This document shows, piece by piece, positions 20,426 to 30,506 of a DNA stretch of 64,000 nucleotides; positions within the stretch are counted from its first letter, which is position 1, and each line of letters begins with the position of its first letter. The stretch is from an uncultured Thermoleophilia bacterium. GTDB lineage: Bacteria > Actinomycetota > Thermoleophilia > Solirubrobacterales > 70-9. The stretch spans positions 18,195-82,194 of the forward strand of contig CAWIPX010000005.1 in the NCBI GenBank assembly GCA_963838145.1, in the 5' to 3' direction. The notes beneath the pieces are model-generated. The model had not been told where the DNA came from, ran no database searches, and worked only from the letters and a program-made list of their open reading frames with translations. A program made the position numbers and the translations under genes.

Positions 20426-21339
20426 CCGCTCCAGTCCACCGGCCCGGCACGGAGGACGTGCGCCCCCAGAGGGCGCCCCAGCAGCTCCTGAACCTCGCGC
20501 GAGGCCGCGATCAGCTTCTCGAGGTCGATCCCGGTCTCGATGCCCATCTCGTGCAGCATCGAGACGAGGTCCTCGGTCGAGATGTTGCCGGTCGAGCCCG
20601 GAGGCACCGGACAGCCGCCCAGCTCGCCGAAGGCGCTCTCGAACGACTCGATGCCCGCCTCGAGCGCGGCGAGCACGTTGGCGAGCCCCTGGCCGCGCGT
20701 GTTGTGGAAGTGCGCGGTCAGCTCGGCGCCGGCGAGCCGGTCGCGCGCCGTGGCGAAGAACTCGCCGACCTGGCGCGGGTTCGCCATGCCGGTCGTGTCG
20801 CCGAAGCCGACCTCCTCGCAGCCCGCCTCCGCGAGGCGCTCGGCGATCCCCATCACCCGCTCGACCGGGACCTCGCCCTCGTAGGGGCACCCGAACGAGA
20901 CCGCGACGATGCCCTCGCAGCGCAGCCCCTCGGCACGCGCGCGCTCGACGGTTCGCTCGAGGCCGGCCAGCGAGTCGGCGACCGATCGGTTGACGTTCTT
21001 TCGGTTGTGAGTCTCCGACGCCGAGAGGAAGACGCTGATCTCGTCGAAGCGGTCGCGCTGGGCCAGCGCGCGCTCGAGGCCGCGCTCGTTTGGGATAAGG
21101 ACCGAGAGCGCGACCCCGTCCGGCCGCTCGATCGACGCGAGCACCTCCTCGGCGTCGGAGAGCTGCGGGATCACGTCGGGGCGCACGAACGACGTCACCT
21201 CGAGCCGCGACAGCCCCGTCGCGGCGAGCATGTCGATCAGGCGGACCTTGTCCTCGGTCGCGATGACCTCGGGCTCGTTCTGAAAGCCGTCGCGGGGACC
21301 GACCTCGCGGATCCGGACGCTCGCGGGCAGCTCGCTCAT
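20422..21339 (-). CDS. Hydroxymethylglutaryl-CoA lyase
   Basis: Motifs: IREVGPRDGFQNE, LEVTSFV, SASETHNRKN, GDTTGMANP, HFHNTRGQGLANVLAALEAG, GGCPVPPGSTGNISTEDL. Intact. Confidence 0.9.
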   Translation of the reverse strand: MSELPASVRIREVGPRDGFQNEPEVIATEDKVRLIDMLAATGLSRLEVTSFVRPDVIPQLSDAEEVLASIERPDGVALSVLIPNERGLERALAQRDRFDEISVFLSASETHNRKNVNRSVADSLAGLERTVERARAEGLRCEGIVAVSFGCPYEGEVPVERVMGIAERLAEAGCEEVGFGDTTGMANPRQVGEFFATARDRLAGAELTAHFHNTRGQGLANVLAALEAGIESFESAFGELGGCPVPPGSTGNISTEDLVSMLHEMGIETGIDLEKLIAASREVQELLGRPLGAHVLRAGPVDWSG

Positions 21340-21362
21340 GCGATCGAGGCTAGTGAGTGAGG

Positions 21363-21803
21363 CTAGGAGTCCTTGACCTTGCCGACCTCGATCACGCGCC
21401 GCTCGTGCGTTCCGACGCCGATCGTGCGCTCGCCCTCGGTGACCTCCACGTCGAAGCGCAGCTTGCGCCCGTCGACGACCTCGTTGAGCTTCGCGCGCAC
21501 GGCGACGGTCGAACCCTCGCCGGCCGCGGCGACGTGCTTGATGCAGACCTCGAAGCCGACGGTCGCGCTGCCCTCGGGCAGGTTCTCGTAGGCGAGGACC
21601 GACGAGACGCGCTCCATCAGCCCGATCATTCCCGGCGTCGAGAGGACCGCGACGCCGATCGTCCCTCCCACGTCGGTCACGAGGCGCCCCTCGACCGGAA
21701 ACTCGTCGACGCGCTCGATCCCCGGCTCGAGCGTGGGCTCGTCGGGACGCTCGGTGACGATCTCGCTGATGTCGGGAATCCGCGGCTTCTGGTCCTCGGC
21801 CAT
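21363..21803 (-). CDS. Hotdog-fold thioesterase-like protein (FlK-type)
   Basis: Intact 146-codon ORF with VLSTPGMIGLMERVS and GVGTHERRVI. Lies 3 nt downstream of the SDR gene. Confidence 0.55.
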   Translation of the reverse strand: MAEDQKPRIPDISEIVTERPDEPTLEPGIERVDEFPVEGRLVTDVGGTIGVAVLSTPGMIGLMERVSSVLAYENLPEGSATVGFEVCIKHVAAAGEGSTVAVRAKLNEVVDGRKLRFDVEVTEGERTIGVGTHERRVIEVGKVKDS

Positions 21804-21805
21804 CG

Positions 21806-22540
21806 TCAGACCATCCCCAGTCCGCCGGAGACGCCGATCGTCTCGCCGGTGACGTAGGACGCGTCGTCGGAGGCCAGGAACGCGACCGCCGCCGCGACCT
21901 CTTCCGGCTCGCCGAGGCGGCGCATCTGGGTGGCGGACTTCATCGTCTCGATCACCTTCTCGCCCAGCTCGCCGAACTCCAGCGCGCTGCGCAGCAGAGG
22001 GGTGTCGATCGGCCCGGGCGCGATCGAGTTCGCGGTGATGCCGTAGCGGGCGTTCTCGCGCGCGATCGTCTTCATGAACGAGATCACGCCGCCCTTTGCC
22101 GCCGAGTAGACCGCCGAGCCCTTCGACCCGACGCGGCCGGCCTCCGAGGCGATGCTCACGATGCGCCCGTAGCCGGCCTTCTGCATCCCCGGCAGGGCGG
22201 CGTGGGTGCACGCGAAGACGCCGCCGAGGTTGACGGCGACGATGCGGCCCCACTGGTCCGGGTCGGTCTCGGTGAAGAACCCGAACTCGTCCATGCCCGC
22301 GTTGTTGACGAGGATGTCAAGACGCCCGACCGCGTCCACGGCTGCGCGGGCGGAGTCGTTGTCGGTCACGTCGAGGCGCATCGACTCGGCGCCGATCTCT
22401 CCGGCGACCTCGGCCGCCCCCTCGACGTCGATGTCGCCGATCGTCACGTCCGCCCCCTCGGCGGCGAGCCGCCGCGATATCGCGGCGCCGATCCCCTTCG
22501 CGCCTCCGGTGACCAGAGCGGTTCGCCCCTCGAGCCTCAT
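21806..22540 (-). CDS. Short-chain dehydrogenase/reductase (FabG-like)
   Basis: Motifs: TGGAKGIGAAI, NNAG, SIASEAG, YSAAKGGV. Intact. Confidence 0.85.
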   Translation of the reverse strand: MRLEGRTALVTGGAKGIGAAISRRLAAEGADVTIGDIDVEGAAEVAGEIGAESMRLDVTDNDSARAAVDAVGRLDILVNNAGMDEFGFFTETDPDQWGRIVAVNLGGVFACTHAALPGMQKAGYGRIVSIASEAGRVGSKGSAVYSAAKGGVISFMKTIARENARYGITANSIAPGPIDTPLLRSALEFGELGEKVIETMKSATQMRRLGEPEEVAAAVAFLASDDASYVTGETIGVSGGLGMV

Positions 22541-22577
22541 CGGTCGGGGAGCATACGCGCGGGATTAGACTCGGCGC

Positions 22578-23275
22578 GTGGCGGACCAGGCACCGATACC
22601 GATCATCGGGGGCACGGGAGCGCTCGGATACGGGCTCGCGCTGCGCTGGGCGCGCCAGGGAGTGCCGATCGTCATCGGGTCTCGCGACGCCTCGCGCGCG
22701 GCCGAGGCGGCCGACCGCGTCCGCGCCGCGGTCCCCGACGCGAGCGCCGAGGGCCTCGCCAACGAGGAGGCCGCCGGGCGCGGGCCGATCGTCTTCCTCC
22801 CGTCCCCTTCCGCGCCCAGTCGGAGACGCTCAACAACCTCCGCGGCGCGCTCGATGCGGGCCAGCTGCTCGTCGACTGCACGGTCCCGCTCGCGGCGGCC
22901 GTGAGCGGCAAGGCGACGCGGTCGCTCGGGGTCTGGCAGGGGTCGGCAGCCCAGCAGGCGCAGGAGATGGCCCCCGACGGGGTGACCGTGGTCTCGGCGC
23001 TTCACACCGTCAGCGCCCCGGTGCTCGCCGACCTCGATATCGAGCTCGCCGAGGACGTGCTCGTCTGCGGCGACCGCAGGGCCGACAAGGCGCGGGTCGC
23101 GGAGCTGATCGAGCTCATCGGCGGCCTGCGCTGCGTGAACGCCGGGGCCCTCGAGATGGCGAGGATCGTCGAGCAGCTGACCCCGATGCTGATCTCGATC
23201 AACGCCCGCTACAAGACACACGCCGGAATCCGGGTGACCGGGCTCGCCGACGCGGACCCCTGGGGCAAGAGCTGA
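22578..23275 (+). CDS. npdG: NADPH-dependent F420 reductase, one frameshift near 22800
   Basis: Motifs: IPIIGGTGALGYGLALRWA and IGSRDASRA, then in another frame VSALHTVSA, VCGDRRADKARV, ARIVEQLTPMLISIN. Confidence 0.75.
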
Positions 23276-24211
23276 GCGCCGCCGCGACGCGCGCGGTCGT
23301 CCTCGCCGGCGGAACGGGAGGGGCCAAGCTCGCGGCCGGGATGCAGGACGTCCTCGGCGACGGCCTCGACGTGATCGCGAACACGGGCGACGACGTCGAG
23401 GCGCTGGGTGTGCTCGTCTCCCCCGACCCCGACCTCGTTACCTACTGGCTCTGCGGGCAGATCGACGAGGAGCGCGGCTGGGGGATCCGCGACGACGAGT
23501 TCACCGTCTTCGAGCGCCTCGTCGAGCTGGGAGCGCCCGACTGGTTCTCGCTCTCCGAACCGCGACCTCGCGACCTGCATGCGGCGCACCGACCTGATCG
23601 CCGGAGGGGCGAGCGTCACGCAGGCCCAGGGCGAGATCGCCGCGGGGCTCGGCGCCCGCGCCCGCGTGCTGCCGATGTCCGACGAGCCGGTCCGCACCCG
23701 GGTGCGCACGCCGGAGGGCTGGCGCGGGCTTCAGGAGTACCTGGTGCGCGACCGCTCCGAGCCCGAGATCGAGGCGGTGGAGCTGGAGGGGATCGAGGCC
23801 GCGTCGCCGACCGCAGAGGTCCGCGACGCCCTCGCGGGCGCCGACGCGATCGTCATCGGCCCCTCCAACCCCGTGATCAGCATCGGGCCGATCCTCGCCG
23901 TGCCGGGAATGCGGGAGGCGATCGCCGCCGCGCCCGCGCCGGTGGTCGCGGTGAGCCCGTTCGTGGCCGGCGAGGTGATCAAGGGACCGACCGACAAGTT
24001 CATGCGCGCGGTGGGCGAGGAGCCCACGGCGGCGGGGGTGGCTGCCGCCTACCAGGGCCTGATCGACGGGCTCGTCGTCGATTCCGGCGATCCCGACCCG
24101 CCCCCCGAGGCGGTGCCCACGCTCGTCATCCCGACGCTCATGGACGACGCAGCCAGCCGCCGCGAGGTCGCCGAGCGGACGCTCGAGTTCGCCCGCTCGC
24201 TCGCCCGATGA
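23272..24211 (+). CDS. cofD: 2-phospho-L-lactate transferase (CofD/FbiA), one frameshift near 23558; start codon uncertain
   Basis: Motifs: VVLAGGTGGAKLAAG, ANTGDD, PDLVTYWL, RDLATCMRRT, IVIGPSNPVISIGPILAVPG, AVSPFVAGEVIKGPT. Confidence 0.8.
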
Positions 24212-24849
24212 ACGCGACGGCGATCCTTCCCGTGAAGCGCTTCGCGTCGGCCAAGCGGCGCCTCGGCGCCGCGATCACCGAACAGGAGCGCGGCGAGCTG
24301 ATCGTCGCGATGCTCCACGACGTGCTGACCGCGATCTCGCGGTCGCGGATGATCGACCGAATCCTCGTCGTGACCGGAGAGCCCTCCGCCGCGGAGATCG
24401 CCGCCGAGTACGGCGCCGCGACGATCGCCGACCCGCCCGACGCCGACCACTCCGAGGCCGCGCTGCTCGGAGTCGACGCCGCGCTGGCGAACGGCGCAGG
24501 CTGCGCGGCGCTGCTTCCGGGCGACTGCCCGCTGCTCGACGCGCGCGAGCTCGACCGCGTGCTCACGGGCGTGCCGGAGCACTACGTGACGATCATCCCC
24601 GACCGCCACGGGACCGGGACCAACGGCCTTTTGCTCGCGCCCCCCGACGCCATCCGCCCCGCCTTCGGGGAGGGAAGCCGGGAGCGTCACATCGGCATCG
24701 CGCGCGAGGCCGGCGTCCCGTACTCGGTCGAGGCCGTGAAGTCATTGGCTCTGGACCTCGACACCCCCGGCGACATCGTCGCGCTCACCACGGCGATAGA
24801 GATGGGAAGCGGGAACGCCCCGAACACCAGGAAGGCGCTCGGGATCTAG
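24208..24849 (+). CDS. cofC: 2-phospho-L-lactate (or PEP) guanylyltransferase (CofC/FbiD)
   Basis: ATGA overlap with cofD. Motifs: AILPVKRFASAKRRL, LPGDCPLL, PDRHGTGTNGL, LDLDTPGD. Confidence 0.8.
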   Translation: MNATAILPVKRFASAKRRLGAAITEQERGELIVAMLHDVLTAISRSRMIDRILVVTGEPSAAEIAAEYGAATIADPPDADHSEAALLGVDAALANGAGCAALLPGDCPLLDARELDRVLTGVPEHYVTIIPDRHGTGTNGLLLAPPDAIRPAFGEGSRERHIGIAREAGVPYSVEAVKSLALDLDTPGDIVALTTAIEMGSGNAPNTRKALGI

Positions 24850-24852
24850 CGG

Positions 24853-25599
24853 ATGGGCATCGAGCTGAGCGCAATCGAGGGGCTGCCCGAGATCGGGGAG
24901 GGCGACGACCTCGCCGGGCTGATCGCCGAGCGCGTGGATCTCGAGGACGGCGACGTCGTCGTGATCTCTCAGAAGGCCGTCTCGAAGGCCGAGGGACGGG
25001 TTCGCCGGCTGGGCGAGGTCACACCCGGCGACCGCGCCCTCGAGCTCGCCGCCGAGCTGGGCAAGGACCCGGCGCTCGTCGAGCTGATCCTTGCCGAGAG
25101 CCGCATCGATGGTCCGCGCCGAGCGCGGCGTCCTGATCGTCGAGACGCAGCTCGGGCTGGATCTGCGCGAACGCGGGGATCGACGCCTCGAACGTCGCCG
25201 GCGACGACGCCGTCGCCCTGCTGCCGCTCGACTCCGACGCCTCGGCGCGCCGCATACGCGCGCGAGCTGCGAGAGGCCGCTGGCGTCGCGCCGGCGGTCG
25301 TCGTCTCGGACAGCTTCGGCCGGCCCTGGAGGATCGGGCAGACCGACGTCGCGATCGGCTGCGCCGGCCTCGTCGCGATCGACGACTGGCGCGGGCGCGC
25401 CGATCGCGACGGGCGCGAGCTCGCCGCGACCGCCATCGCCGTCGCCGATCATCTCGCCGCCGCCGCGGATCTGGCCCGCGACAAGACGTCGGGGGCCCCG
25501 GCGGTCAGGGTTCGGGGCGCGGCGCGCCTCGTCACCGAGGAGGACGGCCCGGGGGCGGCGGCGCTTCAGCGCCCCGCCGAGGAGGACCTCTTCAGATAG
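24853..25599 (+). CDS. cofE: F420-0:gamma-glutamyl ligase (CofE), single-domain; three same-direction frame changes between about 25100 and 25265
   Basis: Motifs: DGDVVVISQKAVSKAEGR, (frame c) WICANAGIDASNV and LLPLDSDASARRIR, (frame a) VVVSDSFGRPWRIGQTDVAIGCAGL. No C-terminal nitroreductase-like domain follows. Confidence 0.75.
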   Translation: MGIELSAIEGLPEIGEGDDLAGLIAERVDLEDGDVVVISQKAVSKAEGRVRRLGEVTPGDRALELAAELGKDPALVELILAESRIDGPRRARRPDRRDAARAGSARTRGSTPRTSPATTPSPCCRSTPTPRRAAYARELREAAGVAPAVVVSDSFGRPWRIGQTDVAIGCAGLVAIDDWRGRADRDGRELAATAIAVADHLAAAADLARDKTSGAPAVRVRGAARLVTEEDGPGAAALQRPAEEDLFR

Positions 25600-25999
25600 G
25601 TTCGTGCTTGTCGAAGGAGGGCTGGGGAGCACCCTCCTCGCTGAACTCGGGGGCGTGGTAGACGCTTCCGGGCACGCCGCCCAGCGCGAGAATCCGGACC
25701 CCCTCGTCTCCGCTGACGAGCTTGCGCTTCTCGCCGGGGCCGACGCGCGCGAACATGCCCGGCTCCAGCTCGTACTCCTGGCCTCCGGCGTGGAGCTTCA
25801 CCCTGCCCTCGAGGACGGTGTAGACCTCCTCCTGCTCGTCGTGGGAGTGGTCGTGCTCGGGGTAGTGCTCGAAGTTCGGCGGCAGCTCGATCACCTGGAG
25901 CCCGAACGAGGTCACGCCGAGGCCGGCGCGGACGCGCCGCATCCCTCCGCCGAAGACCGCCTCGAAGTCGTCGAGCCCCTTAACCGTGACGTCAGCCAT
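25592..25999 (-). CDS. Cupin-domain protein
   Basis: Intact ORF. PEHDHSHDEQEEVYTVLEG ... PGEKRKL is a cupin metal motif pattern. Confidence 0.75.
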   Translation of the reverse strand: MADVTVKGLDDFEAVFGGGMRRVRAGLGVTSFGLQVIELPPNFEHYPEHDHSHDEQEEVYTVLEGRVKLHAGGQEYELEPGMFARVGPGEKRKLVSGDEGVRILALGGVPGSVYHAPEFSEEGAPQPSFDKHEPI

Positions 26000-26013
26000 C
26001 TCTCACATCCTCC

Positions 26014-26996
26014 TCACGGCACGAGAACGGCCGCGCCGCGAACCCTACCGCCGCGAACGTCCTCGAGGGCGTGATTGGCGTCACCCAAGGGATATGTGGT
26101 CGTCTGCGTGCGCACGGGCACGCGCGGCGCGACGTCCATGAACTCCTCCGCGTCGCGGCGGGTGAGGTTGGCGACCGAGCGGATCGAGCGCTCCCCCCAC
26201 AGGATCGAGTACGGGAAGGCCGGGATGTCGCTCATGTGGATCCCGGCGCAGACGACGCCGCCGCCGGGCGCCAGCGCGCGCAGCGCCGTCGGCACCAGCG
26301 CCCCGACCGGGGCGAAGACGATCGCCGCGTCGAGCTCCTCGGGCGGCATTGCGTCGGAGCCCCCGGCCCACTCCGCGCCCAGCTCGAGCGCGAACGCCTG
26401 GCCGGCCTCGTCGCCGGGCCTCGTGAAGGCGAAGACGCGCCGGCCCTCGTGACGGGCCACCTGGCAGACGAGGTGCGCCGAGGAGCCGAACCCGTAGAGG
26501 CCGAGCCGCTCGGCGTCTTCGGTCATGCGCAGCGCCCGGTACCCGATCAGGCCCGCGCAGAGGAGCGGGGCCGCGTCCACGTCCGCGTAGCTGTCGGGAA
26601 CATCGACGCAGTAGCGCTCGTCGGCGACGACGCGCTCGGCGTAGCCGCCGTCGGCGGTGTAGCCGGTGAAGATGGCGCGCTCGCAGAGGTTCTCGCGCCC
26701 CGAGACGCAGTAGCGGCACTCGCCGCAGGTCCACCCGAGCCACGGCACACCCACCCTCTCGCCCGGCGCGAAGCGCTCTGCGCCCTCGCCCACGGCCTCG
26801 ACCGTCCCGACGACCTGGTGGCCGAGGACGAGTGGCAGCTTGGGCTCGGGCAGCTCGCCGTCGACGACATGCAGGTCGGTGCGGCAGACGCCGCAGGCGT
26901 GGACCCCGACAACGACCTGCCCCGGCGCCGGCTCGGGGTCGGGCAGCTCGGCCTCGGCGAGGGCCTCGCCGGGGCGCTGAGAAGCATCGCGCGCAT
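26014..26996 (-). CDS. Zinc-dependent alcohol dehydrogenase, one frameshift near 26972 just after the start
   Basis: MRAMLLSAP, then HACGVCRTDLH, GHQVVGTV, CGECRYCVSGRENLC, GFGSSAH. Confidence 0.85.
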
Positions 26997-27010
26997 CCCG
27001 TGCTGCTGGC

Positions 27011-27475
27011 CTAGTCGGCCGGCAGGTCAACGGCCTCGGAGCTGGCGAGCGAGGTCCCCCTGGAAGCAGAACTGCCAGGCTCGTGTCCGGTCTGGTCCGC
27101 GATCGCGTAGTAGCGGCAGCTGCGACGGTCCCTCCCGCGCCTTGCCGACCGAGTCGTTGGCGACTCGACCCGGCGTCGCACCGTCGACCACTTCTTCGAC
27201 GTCCGCCGGCGAGTCCCGGCGTGCGAGCGCGGCTCGGCCTCCTCGGCCGTCACGGCCGCCGGCTCGTCGTCGTCGTAGACGAGCTGCGAGAGCCCGAAGT
27301 AGCCGCCCGCGAACGCCAGCGCGACGATCGGGATCGCGAACCACCAGCGCCACTGCAGGCCACCGCGCTCGTAGCTCCGGCCGCAGCTCGGACACGTCTC
27401 CGACTCCGTGCGCGACGCGACGGAGCAGTGCGCGGCAGACCTTGAGCGGCTAGCTGTTGCGAGTCCGATCTCCAT
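27011..27475 (-). CDS. Hypothetical protein with a Cys pair followed by one TM helix; possibly frameshifted
   Basis: MEIGL... CPSCGRSY ... WWFAIPIVALAFAGGYFGL. The downstream half is poorly coding in any single frame. Confidence 0.35.
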   Translation of the reverse strand: MEIGLATASRSRSAAHCSVASRTESETCPSCGRSYERGGLQWRWWFAIPIVALAFAGGYFGLSQLVYDDDEPAAVTAEEAEPRSHAGTRRRTSKKWSTVRRRVESPTTRSARRGRDRRSCRYYAIADQTGHEPGSSASRGTSLASSEAVDLPAD

Positions 27476-27516
27476 CGAGCGGGTCAGGCTATCGGCAGCG
27501 GGTCGAAAGCGACGAA

Positions 27517-27547
27517 GGGCGCGCCCGGGATCCATCCCGGGGCGCCC
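27517..27547 (-). terminator. Strong GC hairpin (12 bp with one bulge), about 50 nt downstream of the 27598 stop
   Basis: GGGCGCGCCCGGG-ATCCAT-CCCGGGGCGCCC. No clear U tract. Confidence 0.4.
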
Positions 27548-27597
27548 TCTCGCTCACGGCGCTCACCTAATCGCGGCGCCGGGATGCGTGCGACTGA

Positions 27598-28096
27598 CTA
27601 GGACAGGCAGTACGCCTCGACGGTGACCGTCGCGGACCGGTTCCGCTTCCGATTGTTGCACGCGCGACGTACCAGCCGTTGCCCTGCTTGTGCGACTCGA
27701 CGATCGGCGTGAACGTCGCCAGAGCCGGATTGTCGATCTGCACGCCGCCGGAGAGTGACCCTCTCGCCGCTCTGGCAGTCGACGGTTCCTTCCCCGTAGC
27801 CGCCGTCGGGACGTCGTGAAGGCTGACAGTACGCGTGTTGATCGCGCCCAGCTTCGGCGCCGTCACCGCGTCGTTCGCGATCTTCGCCGTGGTGACGGCG
27901 TTGTCCGCGAGCTCGGCGGTGTCGATCGGCAGCCGCTTGTTGATCTGCTTGTTGGCGATCTTCTTGACCTTGGCCTTGGTGATCTTGCTCTCGATGCGCC
28001 GGGACCGGCGATCGCGGTGCCGGCGAGCGCCGCGACTAGCGCGACGACCGCGACGATCAGCGCAGGCGAAGGCCTGCGAGATGACGAGACATCCAC
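27598..28096 (-). CDS. Hypothetical secreted protein, frameshifted
   Basis: AGGAGGA RBS. Signal-like PSPALIVAVVALVAALAGTAIAG. Repeated NAVTTAKIANDAVTAPKL. The best-coding C-terminal frame ends ...ATVTVEAYCLS with TAG 27598-27600. Confidence 0.45.
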
Positions 28097-28177
28097 ATCC
28101 TCCTCTTTCGTCGGGTCGGTCGGGAACCGGATTCCCGGGTTTCGTCGGTACCAAACACGGGAATTCTGCCGACGCTG

Positions 28178-28199
28178 CGGACGGCTAAACGAACGTCCG
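28178..28199 (-). terminator. Hairpin CGGACG-N10-CGTCCG, 19 nt downstream of the fbiC stop
   Basis: 6-bp stem followed on the minus strand by a weakly T-rich stretch. Confidence 0.3.
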
Positions 28200-28217
28200 A
28201 GCGCGCAGCGCGGCGGC

Positions 28218-30447
28218 TCAGTACGTCTCGACGATGTCGTAGAGCGTCGTGCGCTGCGCGGGCTCGCGGCCTGCGCGCCTCGCGGCCTCGATCAGCTGCT
28301 CGGGCTCGAGCCGCACGCCGTGATGGGAGCCGGCCATGCGCGAGATGTTCTCCTCCATCAGCGTTCCGCCGAGGTCGTTGACGCCCCAGCGCAGGCTCTC
28401 GCGTCGCGGCGTCGAGGCCCATCTTCACCCAGCTCGCCTGGAGGTTGGGGATCGTGCGCCCGAGCGCGAGCCGGAAGGCGGCGGTGTGCTTGAGGTTGTC
28501 GTCGCGCGAGATCTCCTCGACTCCGTGCGTGCGCCCGAGAAGGGTGTTGAACGGGATGAAGCTCAGCGGCACGAACTCCGTGATCCCCCCGGTGCGCTCC
28601 TGCAGCTCGCGCACGACGCGCATGTGCTCGGCGAGCTCCGACGGCTCCTCGATGTGCCCGAACATGACGGTCGAGGAGGAGCGCAGGCCGGCGCGGTGGC
28701 AGGCCTCGACGATCTCGACCCAGCGATCCACCGGCAGCTTGTTGGGCGAGATCCGCTGCCTGACGCCGTCGTGGAGCACCTCCGCGGCCGTGCCCGGCGT
28801 CGAGCCGAGGCCGCACTCGAGCAGGTAGTCGAAGACCTCGTCGGGCGAGCGACCCGAGCGCTCGCACATGTAGTGGATCTCCATCGGCGAGTAGGCGTGC
28901 AGATGGACGTCCGGCGCCACCTCCTTGACGCGCCGCAGCCAGCGGCCGTAGTCCTCGAGCGTGTACTCGGGGTGGATCCCGGCCTGCATGCAGATCTCCG
29001 TAACCCCATAATCGACCGCCTCCTGCACACGGGCCGCAAACTCGTCGGGCTCGACGTGGTAGGCGTCGGGCGACCGGCGGCCCTGGCCGAATCCGCAGAA
29101 CGCGCAGCCGACGATGCAGATGTTGGTGAAGTTGATGTTGCGATTGACGACGAACGTCACGCGGTCTCCCACGAGCTCCGCCCGCAGCTCGTCGGCGGCG
29201 AAGCGCATCTCCTCGATCACCTCCGGGCGGGTCTCGGAGAAGAGCGCGGTCAGCTCGTCCGCGGTCAGCGCCTCGCCGCGGCGCCCGCGCTCGATCGCGC
29301 GCGGCGCGGCCGCGGGGTCGGATACGTGCTCGCGGCGGCGCCCCGAGCCGCGCCTGGGGATGAAGCTCCAGTACTTGAGCTTGATCACGTCGAGGACGCC
29401 CTGCTCCATCCATTCGGGGTCCATGTACTGCGGGTAGACGCAGAGCCGCTCGGTGAGCGCGTAGCCGCGCGGGCCGAGGCGCTTGCGGACCTCGTGGGGG
29501 CTCGGGAAGGCGTGCTCGGGCGAGATGTGGTCGCCGTTGGCCGACAGCCCACCGAGATCGGTCGCCCCGCGCTCGACGAGGTCGGACCACCAGTCGGAGA
29601 GGTTCGGGGGGATCTGGATGCCGACGTCGGGCATCAGGCGGCGCGTCTCGGCGACGAGCCGGCGCATGTCGTCGATCGAGATGGGGTTCGCCCACGCCGG
29701 CCCGGAATCACTACCTGCGGCTTCCTCGGCTTCGCTTCCGGGGGCCGCAGAGTTGCCACCGTTGCCGCTCGTCCAGCGCTCCCGCGCCGCCTCGTCGGCG
29801 ATCTCGGCCACCTCGCGGCCGTAATAGTCGGGATGCGGGACGTAGTTCTGGAGGATCACCTCCTGGATGTGCCCGTGGCGCCCGTGGGCCTCCGCGAGCG
29901 CCTCGAGGGAGGCGACGCGCTCCTCCTCGGTCTCCCCGATGCCGACGAGGATCCCGCTCGTGAACGGGATCCTCAGCTCCCCGGCTGCCTCGATCGTCTC
30001 CAGCCGCCGCGCCGGGTGCTTGGTCGGCGAGCCGGCGTGGACCGTGTCCATGAGGCGCTCCGCGACCGACTCGAGCATCAGCCCCTGGGACGCGGTCACC
30101 TCGCGCAGCCGCGCCAGGTCGGCGCGCGACAGCACCCCCAGGTTGGTGTGCGGCAGCATGCCGCGCTCGAGGGCGCGCTCGCATGCCCAGACCACGTACG
30201 AGGTGAAGTCCTCGTGGCCCCACTCCGCCAGCCGGGCGGCGACCTCGGCGTTGACCTCCGGGCGCTCGCCGGTGAGCACGAGCAGCTCCTTGCAGTTTCG
30301 TCTCAGCGCCTCGTCGAGGCGCTGCTCGACCTCATCGGGCGCATAGATGTGCGCCCGGTGGGTCGCGAACGAGCAGTACTTGCAGTAGCACTGGCACGTG
30401 CGCGACAGCGAGAGCGTGTAGTTGCGCGAGAACGTTACGCGGCGCAT
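28218..30447 (-). CDS. fbiC: FO synthase, fused CofG+CofH (FbiC); one frameshift near 28390
   Basis: Two radical-SAM sites, CQCYCKYCSF and CIVGCAFCGF. Also HTNLG, GILVGIGE, TEICMQAGIHP, STVMFGHIE, and in another frame NDLGGTLMEENISRMAG. Ends ...LYDIVETY. Confidence 0.9.
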
Positions 30448-30506
30448 GCCGCGTTCCAAGCTACAGGAGTCCCAACGGCGCCCCGATGCGGGGCGCCCGC
30501 GACGAG

